Source: an uncultured Clostridia bacterium (lineage in GTDB: Bacteria; Bacillota; Dehalobacteriia; UBA4068; JAAVYR01). From it: a DNA stretch of 38,701 nt. The position numbers and the translations under genes are program-made. The notes below the pieces were generated by a model, which saw nothing but the letters and a program-made list of their open reading frames with translations, was not told the DNA's origin and did no database searches. The stretch covers positions 1-38,701 of the forward strand of contig CAMNVD010000002.1 in assembly GCA_946562005.1 (NCBI GenBank), in the 5' to 3' direction. This document shows positions 1 to 8,149 of the stretch, piece after piece (within the stretch, counting starts at the first letter, position 1; the number at the start of each line of letters is the position of its first letter).

Positions 1-210
1 GTCTAACACATCAGATAAAACAATATCAGCAGAGGCGTCTAAGGCATTTAATATCTCTATGAAGGTAGGCAGTGAAGGTGTTTTTTCTCCTCGTTCTACA
101 GAACCAATGTAGTTTGCGCTTAATTCTGCTAGTTCTGCCAAATCTTCCTGACGAAGATTTTTAGATAAACGATATTTTTTGATGTTTTTTCCGATGCTAT
201 CAAGTTTCAT
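1..210 (-). CDS. XRE-family helix-turn-helix transcriptional regulator (3' end cut by window edge)
   Basis: Reverse-complement translation from the ATG at 210-208 gives MKLDSIGKNIKKYRLSKNLRQEDLAELAELSANYIGSVERGEKTPSLPTFIEILNAL..., a classic Cro/C1-type HTH. The frame stays open to position 1. Confidence 0.75.
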   Translation of the reverse strand, partial: MKLDSIGKNIKKYRLSKNLRQEDLAELAELSANYIGSVERGEKTPSLPTFIEILNALDASADIVLSDVLD

Positions 211-619
211 TTTTAGTGTTCCTTCACCGCATACTTTTCTACTTATGAGTATATCTAAAGAGAAAATATTTATGAACACACCATTGGTTTGTCCCCATGT
301 CTCATAGGCATGATATCGATAAATTTTCTAAATCTATTATAAAAGAATTTTTTATGTTTGAATATCTGCGAAATCTCGTACCTAAAATTAAAAGGATTTT
401 ATATCCTATGTTTACCTTTAACAGGTGGGCAAGTGCAATATGTTACCTTGGGTCACTTTTCTGTTCTTTGCCCGCAAAGAACCAAACTTGCAATCTGGTT
501 GTCTTAACCTGGCAGCCTCGCCAAAAGATAACGGTCCCCGCAACAAACAGATTGCCTTCCCCGACAAGTTGACTAGGCATTCCTTAGAAATTCTTGTTGT
601 CAAAAGTGAATGGCATTAC

Positions 620-656
620 AAAAAAAGACTTGCAATATTTTGCAAGTCTTTTTTTA
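620..656. terminator. Bidirectional hairpin terminator
   Basis: Stems agacttgcaa (626-635) and ttgcaagtct (640-649) are a perfect 10-bp pair around a tatt loop. An A-run precedes it and a T-run follows. Confidence 0.5.
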
Positions 657-847
657 TTAAATAATCTCAAAATTCATCGGGGAGCCGCCGCCTGTTTGCC
701 GAGGGGAGAGAAGAGTAGTGGCGACGCTTCCCACTAGGGCAACCAGGCGGCAATTTTGGTTCTTTTTGTAAAAGAACAAATAATAGCCTAAAGTAAGTTA
801 TTCGTACTTGCCCTGCTGTCAGAGGTAGTCCGTATTTTTTATGTTTG

Positions 848-876
848 TTGACAATAGTGCTTGGTTTGCATATAAT
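848..876 (+). promoter_or_regulatory. Sigma-A type promoter driving a short convergent RNA
   Basis: TTGACA (848-853), a 17-nt spacer, then TATAAT (871-876). No ORF follows before the terminator hairpin at 936-981. Confidence 0.5.
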
Positions 877-882
877 TATAGA

Positions 883-985
883 TAGAAAAGGTGCTGCCGA
901 TAAGCGGCTAGCCCCTCGAAAGTTTTTAAGTTAAAGAAATAACCGCAAACTTTGTCAGGGTTGGGCGGTTATTTCTTTTTTATGA
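883..985 (+). ncRNA. Candidate antitoxin sRNA of a type I toxin-antitoxin pair
   Basis: The ~100-nt interval between the consensus promoter and the hairpin gaaataaccgc/gcggttatttc plus T-run is non-coding. Its 3' end overlaps the 3' end of the convergent 27-aa ORF. It carries agcccctc (910-917), which is complementary to the toxin Shine-Dalgarno GAGGGG. Confidence 0.35.
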
Positions 986-1052
986 TAGAGTATGTAACAA
1001 ATACTACATTGACAATTAAACCAATAAAAGCAATTATCTCTGTGGTTGTCAT
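969..1052 (-). CDS. 27-aa hydrophobic peptide, type I toxin-like (resembles holin-like toxin family peptides)
   Basis: The ORF is below the track cut-off. ATG at 1052 is preceded by AGGGGGGTGA and gives MTTTEIIAFIGLIVNVVFVTYSIIKKK*: a single TM helix with a lysine tail. The SD lies inside a CCCCTC...GAGGGG hairpin. Confidence 0.5.
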   Translation of the reverse strand: MTTTEIIAFIGLIVNVVFVTYSIIKKK

Positions 1053-1115
1053 ATCTATCACCCCCCTCTAGAAGAGGGGCTAACCGCCTACCGTATTATG
1101 GCAGCACCTGGGTTT

Positions 1116-1144
1116 ATCTTACAAATTTTTACATTATTTGTCAA
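1116..1144 (-). promoter_or_regulatory. Sigma-A type promoter for the toxin mRNA
   Basis: On the minus strand: TTGACA (1144-1139), a 17-nt spacer, then TAAGAT (1121-1116). Confidence 0.45.
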
Positions 1145-1180
1145 TTTCTCTCTCAGGGATTACCTTGACAATAGCTTTTT

Positions 1181-1214
1181 AGATTCTTCGTCGTTTCACT
1201 CCTCCGAATGACAG
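1181..1214 (+). repeat. Dispersed intergenic repeat, copy A (agattcttcg...c[ct]c[ac]gaatgaca)
   Basis: It shares the agattcttYgc ... ctcagaatga core with copies at 8075-8103, 27373-27400 and 33038-33064. Confidence 0.55.
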
Positions 1215-1235
1215 TTAGCAGTAGTTTGTACTTGT

Positions 1236-1835
1236 TTATTCTTGAAATTCTAGAATTTCTGCTAGAGGTTTCCTCGGTCTGGGCTCTGGGCTTTCAGCGG
1301 CATATCCTAGGGCGATAGCGCTGATAAGCTGGTGCTCTGTGCCCATGAAGTCTACTAGCTCCGGGTAGGCAAAGCAGGTGTTGGCTATCCAGAGGGTAGC
1401 GATACCTTCCCGCTCCGCTTGGAGCAGCAGGTTTTGGATGGCGGCGCCGATAGAGAGACTGTCTACGATTTCCGTTACCCGCTGGTCCCGAGTAAGGGGC
1501 GAGAGGATGGATTTACCGCAAGTGTTGAGCACGGTAATGATGATGGGCGCCTCTTCCATGATGCGTAAGGTGTTTTTGGCGTCGGGCATCCCCCAGCGGG
1601 AGTTTGGCAGTACCATATCTTCTCCTGCTTCTTCCCGGGCTAGACCTGCTGCCATCCTAGCTACGAATTGTACTTTTGCTTCTCCCTGGTAGACGATGAA
1701 CTGCCAGGGTTGTTTATTGGTGCCGGAGGGGGCAAGGCGTGCTGCGGCAATGAGCGCTTCTATGGTTTCTTTTGGTACTTCTTGGGGTTGGAATTTGCGG
1801 ATGCTGCGGCGTGTTTCGATTTCTGGAATCATCAT
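1236..1835 (-). CDS. Nitroreductase family protein
   Basis: 199-aa ORF. RRSIRKFQPQEVP...APSGTNKQPWQFIV is the typical nitroreductase N-terminal signature. Confidence 0.85.
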   Translation of the reverse strand: MMIPEIETRRSIRKFQPQEVPKETIEALIAAARLAPSGTNKQPWQFIVYQGEAKVQFVARMAAGLAREEAGEDMVLPNSRWGMPDAKNTLRIMEEAPIIITVLNTCGKSILSPLTRDQRVTEIVDSLSIGAAIQNLLLQAEREGIATLWIANTCFAYPELVDFMGTEHQLISAIALGYAAESPEPRPRKPLAEILEFQE

Positions 1836-3181
1836 AATTCTACCTTTCTTTGGGATTGGAGTTTATTTTTGTAGTAAAAGCGGCAGAGATAAATGGCCAG
1901 CAGCACTACCCAGGAAAAGGCCTCTGCATAGCCAATGACCATATTGCCGAATCTAGCGGCGCCGCCATAGGAGGCACCGATGCGGACGGCAAGGGCGGTG
2001 ATACCGGCAAGACCGGAGAAGAGCATATCTCCCAGCCCCTCTAAGTAGCCCCGCACTGCCATAGCAAGCCCATAGATGATGTAACAGACGGCGATGGATT
2101 GAAAAAATGCCTTACCAATGGCAACGGACTCCGCTGTGAGGCCAAAGAGGGCGATGAGCGGCCCGCCGGCAAATAGCACAATGGCCGTAAGGATGAGGGC
2201 TACGACGGCTATCATCATAGCGCCTGTTTTTAATACTTCTTTGGCCCGTTTTTCATTGCCGGCGCCTATATTCTGGGCGACGACAGTAGCAATGCCGGAA
2301 CCAAAATTGACGATAGGCAGGATGATGACGCAATCTATCCGGTAGGCTGTCGTAATGGCGGCTACGGTCTGTTCACCGAAGCCATTCATAAACCGTTGTA
2401 AGAAGATGCTCCCTAAGGAGCTGGTGCCTGCTTGTACTGCCGGCGGCAGGCTAAAGGCGGTGCCGCCGGATAACAAAAGCCCGTTTATAGCTTGGCGGTT
2501 GAAACGGAATTTTAATAGCGGATGCTTGCTAAGGGTATAACTGATGACGAAAACCGTCATGGCTGCCTGGGAAATGACAGTAGCGGTAGCAGCCCCGGCG
2601 GCGCCATAAGGCAGTATGACAACGAAAAGGATATCTAGGATAACATTGAGCCCTGAACATACTAGTACCGATAAAAAGGGTGCTCGGCTATCGCCGAAGC
2701 CCCGAAGCACAGCAGCGTATACGTTATAAATGGCAAGGCAGGGGACGCCTAGGAACATGATTTGCATATAGCTTTTGCCAATAGCAAAGATATCTGCCGG
2801 CGTATCCAAAAGCGTTAGGATAGGGCCTGTCAGGGGGATGCCTACAGCGGCAATGGCGACGAACACACCGCCTAATAGGAAAACAAAAGAGGATAAGATA
2901 TCCCGTAACTGTTCTCGTTCGCCCATGCCGTAGCGTTGGGCGGTAAGCACCGAGATGCCGGAGGTGAAGCCCACGATGACAGTGACAAAGAGATTATAAA
3001 GAGAGGTGGTGGCACCAATGCCCGCAAGGGCGCCTTCTCCCTCTACATTACCGACAATGAAAGCGTCCACCCAATTGAAGACCTGCTGCAATAGGCCGCT
3101 TAAGATTAGGGGAACGGTAAACAGTACTAATGTTTTTATAATGCTGCCTTGGGTTAAGTCTTGTTTCCTTTCTTGTTGCAT
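1832..3181 (-). CDS. MATE family efflux transporter
   Basis: The ORF is polytopic with about 12 TM segments and MATE-like motifs. I prefer the internal ATG at 3181 (MQQERKQDL), which follows a GGGGGAA SD, over the ORF-track start at 3241. It overlaps the downstream nitroreductase gene by 4 nt. Confidence 0.85.
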   Translation of the reverse strand: MQQERKQDLTQGSIIKTLVLFTVPLILSGLLQQVFNWVDAFIVGNVEGEGALAGIGATTSLYNLFVTVIVGFTSGISVLTAQRYGMGEREQLRDILSSFVFLLGGVFVAIAAVGIPLTGPILTLLDTPADIFAIGKSYMQIMFLGVPCLAIYNVYAAVLRGFGDSRAPFLSVLVCSGLNVILDILFVVILPYGAAGAATATVISQAAMTVFVISYTLSKHPLLKFRFNRQAINGLLLSGGTAFSLPPAVQAGTSSLGSIFLQRFMNGFGEQTVAAITTAYRIDCVIILPIVNFGSGIATVVAQNIGAGNEKRAKEVLKTGAMMIAVVALILTAIVLFAGGPLIALFGLTAESVAIGKAFFQSIAVCYIIYGLAMAVRGYLEGLGDMLFSGLAGITALAVRIGASYGGAARFGNMVIGYAEAFSWVVLLAIYLCRFYYKNKLQSQRKVEL

Positions 3182-3375
3182 CTGTTGTCCTGTTCCCCCT
3201 TTGCCATATGTTATAAAAAGAGACGGACGGAAAGCTACCATGCAGCTAGTGCCGCACCACAGGGGTAACTTCCGAACGCCTCAATAAAATCATGTGTTAT
3301 TGTTTTGCCCATTATACCAAAAGATATTTCATAAGTCAAATAATCCGTTAGGGGGATTATGTATGGGGTAGGTCA

Positions 3376-4602
3376 TTAGATGGCTGATAGTGGGCAGACC
3401 AGGGGAAGCTGTACTTTCTTTCCATAGTGATAGATAGCCCGCTGCTTCCGGAGGTTTCTTAAATTCTCTAATGGATTAGCTTCTAAGATGAGGAAATCTG
3501 CTCTTAGGCCTGGTTGTAATGTTCCTAGCTCTTGAGAAAGTCCGATAGCCTCTGCTGCATTGGCAGTGGAGGTTTTGATGACTTCCATCCTAGTCATGCC
3601 GGCTTCCTCATAGCAGAGGAGCTCTTCAAAGTAACGTTCGGGTGGGAAGCCAGGAGAGCAATTATCAGTGCCGGTGGCAATCTTCACCCCGGCCTTGATG
3701 GCTTTTTGCAGTACGGGGAAGTGGACGGCGGCGATTTTCTTGGCTTTTTCTACAACTTGGGCGGGAAGGCCCAAGTCTTCTTCTGCTACGATACGAATAG
3801 CTTTGATAGTCGGTATCATGTAAGTGCCTTGCTCTACGAATTTTTCGATACAAGCGTCATCTGCACAACAGCAGTGCTCGATGGTATCGGCACCAGCGGC
3901 TAAGGCATTGCGGATACCTTCTAATCCTTCTGCATGGATAGAGGCGATGCGGCCTTTGGCATGGGCTACTTCTACGGCCGCCCGCATTTCTTCTACAGTC
4001 AGTTCCGGGGAGCCGGGCTCTTCGCCTTTTGGGGAATTAATCCCGCCGCTGGCTAACATTTTAATGAAGTCAGCGCCGTTTTTCAGGTGGAGGCGGGCTT
4101 CTTTCCGAGCTTCATCAGCGCCGTCTACCTCTACGCCGCCTGTCTTAAAGTGTCCGCCTGTCATGATGATAGGCGCACCTGCTGCTAGCATATAAGGACC
4201 TACAAATAGTCCCATATCAAAGGCCTTCTTGGCCGAGATAGCGGAAAGCCCCGGAGAGCCGTTGTCTTTAATGGTGGTGATGCCTACTTCTAGGTGGCGC
4301 TGGGCGTTGCGGATGCAGCGGATAGCAATGATTTCTGGTCGTTCGGTGCGGAGGATGGCGTCGGGGCTATGGCTACCGTCTCGCATAGTGTGGACATGGC
4401 AGTCAATCAGGCCGGGAGTGATATATCCTCCTTGTACGTCTATAATATCTTCCGGGGCAAGGCCTATCCCTTGTTTGCTGTAGTCGCCGGTGCCCACTGC
4501 TATGATGGTACCGTTTTTTTCATCTATGAGCATCCAGGCGTTTTCCAGCGGTTGGTCTTGGACGCCATCAATGAGATGAGCGTTGAAAAAAAGCTTGGAC
4601 AT
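3376..4602 (-). CDS. Amidohydrolase family metal-dependent hydrolase
   Basis: 408 aa. The GLIDCHVH metal-binding HxH motif and downstream His/Asp residues are typical of the amidohydrolase superfamily. The substrate is not assignable. Confidence 0.8.
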   Translation of the reverse strand: MSKLFFNAHLIDGVQDQPLENAWMLIDEKNGTIIAVGTGDYSKQGIGLAPEDIIDVQGGYITPGLIDCHVHTMRDGSHSPDAILRTERPEIIAIRCIRNAQRHLEVGITTIKDNGSPGLSAISAKKAFDMGLFVGPYMLAAGAPIIMTGGHFKTGGVEVDGADEARKEARLHLKNGADFIKMLASGGINSPKGEEPGSPELTVEEMRAAVEVAHAKGRIASIHAEGLEGIRNALAAGADTIEHCCCADDACIEKFVEQGTYMIPTIKAIRIVAEEDLGLPAQVVEKAKKIAAVHFPVLQKAIKAGVKIATGTDNCSPGFPPERYFEELLCYEEAGMTRMEVIKTSTANAAEAIGLSQELGTLQPGLRADFLILEANPLENLRNLRKQRAIYHYGKKVQLPLVCPLSAI

Positions 4603-4671
4603 AGAAAAAACCTCCTTCTTTATCGTTTTCTGAAAAAAAGGACAGGAAACTTTCTTCCTGTCCTTTGAAAT

Positions 4672-6669
4672 TTATTTTGCTTTTGGTTGGTTCTGTAAAA
4701 TAGGCGGCGCATTTAAGTCATATTCATTTTGGTATTGTTTGTATTGAATGAAGGTGAGCACCACAAAGGCTGTAACCCCTATGATAGAGGTAAGGGCGCC
4801 TGGGTCAATGGTCAATGCTAAAATGCCCAGAAGAACTGCTGCCTGCCAAATACGGAGTCTGGTGAGATAAAACCGTTCTAAGAGAACTGCTACACAAGCG
4901 CAGGCAATAAGAGCGCTTAAGAATGCCAAGGTGGCATCGATAAAGCCTGCATCTATCCAGAGGATTTCTGGCCGGTAGATGAAAAATACCGGGAGGGCAA
5001 AACCAGGGAGAGCCAGCCGTGTTGCTTCTAAGGCGGTCTTCATATAGCTGCCGCCGGAGAGGCCGCTAGCGACAATGGCGCCTACCCCTACTGGTGGGGT
5101 AACAGAAGCCATAAGACCATAATAGAACACGAAGAAGTGGGCGGCTGCTAGCGGAATACCATAGGTAACCAATGCAGGAGCAGCTAAGATAGATACTACC
5201 AAATATGCCCCGGTGGTCGGCATCCCCATGCCAAATAAAATGCAGGTAAGCGCTACATAGAACAGAAGCAATGGCAAAATACCGCCGGAAAGTTCAATCA
5301 TCTGGAAAGACATCTTTTGTGCGAAACCGGTGATAACGAAGATTTCTACCATGATACCAAGACAAGCTAGAATCAAACCGATTTTGGTGCCTTGGATAGC
5401 GCCATCCTTAAAGCCTAAATATAAGAAAGTTTTCATTTCTACGAAGAACCGTTGCATATCGCCTTTGCAGGTAACTAGCTTTTTGGCTGCGACTAAGCCG
5501 ATGAGGGTGACGCAAGTCCAGAAAGCGGCAATAGCAGGCGGTGTGCTGATAGATAGGAGATAAATGAGCACCGGTAAGAATAAGAGCAAGTGACCGTTTT
5601 CTTTAAAGGCTTGTTTTGTTTCGGATACCTTTTCACCTTTTGGTAAGTGGAGTTTTAATGCTTTAATCTGAATGCTGAAGCAGAGATATAAGAAATAAAC
5701 GAGAGCTGGGTACAGTGCCATCTTACAAATGGTGATATAAGGAAGGCTGGTAGAGGAGGCAATGAGGAAAGCCGCTACCCCCATAACAGGCGGCATCAGC
5801 TGCCCGCCGGTGGAGGCGCAGGTTTCTACAGCTCCTGCAAATTCCTTTGAATAGCCGGTCTTAATCATCATGGGAATGGTAATACTACCAGTCGTAACAA
5901 CGTTTGCTGCAATAGAACCGGAGATGGTTCCCATGCAACCGCTAGCGATAACTGCTGTTTGGGCCGGGCCGGAACGGAACCGGCTGCCGATACCTTTAGA
6001 GATTTTCATGAAGAAGTCAATGCCGCCGGAAGCCTCTAAAAGACAGCCTAGGAGGACGAACATGAATACTTCCATAGCCCCGGAGCTGGAAAGGGAACCG
6101 TAAATACCGGTAAAGTTCGTGCAGATATAAGCGACGATACGAGAGAGTCTGAGTCCCCCATGATAGAAAATCCCTGGTAAATAATTACCAAAAGCCGCAT
6201 AAGCAATGGCGAGAATCACGATAGCCGGGATAATAGGCCCCCAGGACCGTCTGGTGCCTTCTAACACCAAAAGGATTGTAAGAATGCCTAAAATCAGGTC
6301 TGCATCATTCGGGGTGATGCGGGCTTGGATGGCATAGTAATTCATCGCTGTGTAAATCGCTACCCCTGCGGAGAGGGCTGCTAATGCATAGGAAATGATT
6401 TTATAAAATTTTGATTTGTTCTTGGTGGAGAGTAAGAATACCAAAACAAGACCGGTGCCTAAGTGGATGGCTTTGTGCTGGTCTAGTGCCCAAAACATAA
6501 AGCGGGCATTTAAGAAATGGTACACTGCTACCACCAGAGCGAAAATGGAAATAAACTTCATCACAAAAGAAGTATCAAAGTTACCTTTAGGGGTGGTTTG
6601 TACTTCTTGTGCCGGTTGTTCTTCTATTTGCTTTTCTATTTGGGAGGCAGGTTTTTCCTGGTTTGTCAC
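4672..6669 (-). CDS. TRAP transporter fused permease (TAXI-type)
   Basis: 665-aa polytopic membrane protein lying immediately downstream of a TAXI solute-binding protein gene. Confidence 0.85.
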   Translation of the reverse strand: MTNQEKPASQIEKQIEEQPAQEVQTTPKGNFDTSFVMKFISIFALVVAVYHFLNARFMFWALDQHKAIHLGTGLVLVFLLSTKNKSKFYKIISYALAALSAGVAIYTAMNYYAIQARITPNDADLILGILTILLVLEGTRRSWGPIIPAIVILAIAYAAFGNYLPGIFYHGGLRLSRIVAYICTNFTGIYGSLSSSGAMEVFMFVLLGCLLEASGGIDFFMKISKGIGSRFRSGPAQTAVIASGCMGTISGSIAANVVTTGSITIPMMIKTGYSKEFAGAVETCASTGGQLMPPVMGVAAFLIASSTSLPYITICKMALYPALVYFLYLCFSIQIKALKLHLPKGEKVSETKQAFKENGHLLLFLPVLIYLLSISTPPAIAAFWTCVTLIGLVAAKKLVTCKGDMQRFFVEMKTFLYLGFKDGAIQGTKIGLILACLGIMVEIFVITGFAQKMSFQMIELSGGILPLLLFYVALTCILFGMGMPTTGAYLVVSILAAPALVTYGIPLAAAHFFVFYYGLMASVTPPVGVGAIVASGLSGGSYMKTALEATRLALPGFALPVFFIYRPEILWIDAGFIDATLAFLSALIACACVAVLLERFYLTRLRIWQAAVLLGILALTIDPGALTSIIGVTAFVVLTFIQYKQYQNEYDLNAPPILQNQPKAK

Positions 6670-6798
6670 GGGGGAAAACCACCTTTCTTTTGAGGATTTA
6701 AATAATTATTTGAAGAAAGGTTGTCCATTCCATTCTTTCTAAAATGAACAACCCTTGCTAGTTTTCTGATTTAGTTTTTTGCTCAAATAAAACGGGAA

Positions 6799-6843
6799 AA
6801 TAAGAACCCGCAGGGCGAGCTGTCTCTCCCTGCGTTTCTTATT
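6799..6843 (-). terminator. Intercistronic hairpin between the TAXI receptor and permease genes (possible partial terminator)
   Basis: aataagaacccgcaggg ... ccctgcgtttcttatt forms a long imperfect stem. Confidence 0.4.
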
Positions 6844-6871
6844 AATGTTAGCAATATTAGCTAAATAGCAA

Positions 6872-7909
6872 CTATTCAGCCATTACCATATCGTCGGTCC
6901 AGAGGCCTGCTTCTTTATAGTATTTTGCAGCGCCTGGATGGATAGGATACCCAGGTACTAAAGTCTTGATAGCCATTTCTTTGCTAAAGCCATCTAATTG
7001 GGTAGGTGCCATTTCGGTAACGATATCAACATTTTCTAAAATGATTTTGGTAACGGTGTAAACAACATCTTCGGGAACGTCAGCCCGGCAGCAGAGAACT
7101 GCAGTCGTTCCTACGCAAGGTTGTTCGCCTTTGTAGGCAGGATATGCGCCGTCTAAGATTTTAGAAACAAATAAGCCTTCGTGTTTGCTAACTAAGCTTT
7201 CGATAACGGCAGGGTCAACACCGATAGCCCGCATTGGTTTGGTTTCATATAATTCTTGGAATACGGAAGTAACATACTTACCGTTGATGTGATAGTTGAC
7301 AGCTGCGTCAGCCTGACCTACTTTTAATGCGTCGGCGCATTCTTGCCAAGAGCCGTAAACAAAGGTAACATCGTCAGACATGCCTAATTCTTCAAAGAGA
7401 ATTTTTGCAACGAAAGCTGCGCCACCGTTAGCAGGACCAACAGCGATTTTTGCGCCTTTCAAATCTTCTGGTTTTTGATAAGCGGAGTCTTCAAATACAA
7501 CGATTGGTAGGTCGGAGTTTTGATAGCCTAAAACTTGGTTGAATTCGATTACTTTGCCGTATGGTTCTAAGCCGTTTTTCGCATTAGCCATGTCGGAGCT
7601 CATGCCTTGACCAAATTGGATTTCGTTGTCAGCCAAAAGCTGCATGTTTTCAGCGCCGCCGCCGGTAGCTACAGAAGAGTTTTGGAAGCCAACAGGTTCT
7701 TTGTTTTTATTAATGGTAGAAACAAATGCTTCGATAATCACATAACCGTTAGAGCCTAAGGAAGCAGAGCCCCATACATAGCTGGAAGCGGTTTGTTTGT
7801 CATTACCTTCTGGTTGTTTGCCTTCATCATCTTTATTGCCGCAGCCAGCAAAAGAGAAAGCAACGAGACCTAAAGACAATAAAAGAGCGATAGATTTTTT
7901 CATCTTCAT
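6872..7909 (-). CDS. TAXI family TRAP transporter solute-binding lipoprotein
   Basis: 345 aa with a lipoprotein signal (MKMKKSIALLLSLGLVAFSFAGC). The body resembles TAXI/immunogenic-protein family receptors. Confidence 0.85.
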   Translation of the reverse strand: MKMKKSIALLLSLGLVAFSFAGCGNKDDEGKQPEGNDKQTASSYVWGSASLGSNGYVIIEAFVSTINKNKEPVGFQNSSVATGGGAENMQLLADNEIQFGQGMSSDMANAKNGLEPYGKVIEFNQVLGYQNSDLPIVVFEDSAYQKPEDLKGAKIAVGPANGGAAFVAKILFEELGMSDDVTFVYGSWQECADALKVGQADAAVNYHINGKYVTSVFQELYETKPMRAIGVDPAVIESLVSKHEGLFVSKILDGAYPAYKGEQPCVGTTAVLCCRADVPEDVVYTVTKIILENVDIVTEMAPTQLDGFSKEMAIKTLVPGYPIHPGAAKYYKEAGLWTDDMVMAE

Positions 7910-8074
7910 CTAGAGAGTCCTCCTTAAATTTATGATATAGGCAAGCGTTAAGCCCATACTCGTATTTATATTTTACCAAATGCTGCTAGAGAAAGCAATA
8001 ACTTATCTGATAATGGGTTCATGTTGGATAGTTGAAAGAAAGGGATTTTTTTAGTAAAATGAGAACAGGTAAAA

Positions 8075-8103
8075 AGATTCTTCGCATTCGTTCAGAATGA
8101 TAG
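8075..8103 (+). repeat. Dispersed intergenic repeat, copy B
   Basis: agattcttcgcattcgttcagaatgatag, about 47 nt upstream of the ggt start codon. Confidence 0.55.
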
Positions 8104-8149
8104 GGATATAAGTGGTTTAATTTCTATAGAAAGAAAGGAAGAAAAAGAT

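Noticed and set aside
297-664. Three overlapping ORFs of 61-91 aa
   Set aside because: Their frames are mutually exclusive. None has a ribosome-binding site or a recognisable motif, and one runs through a terminator hairpin.
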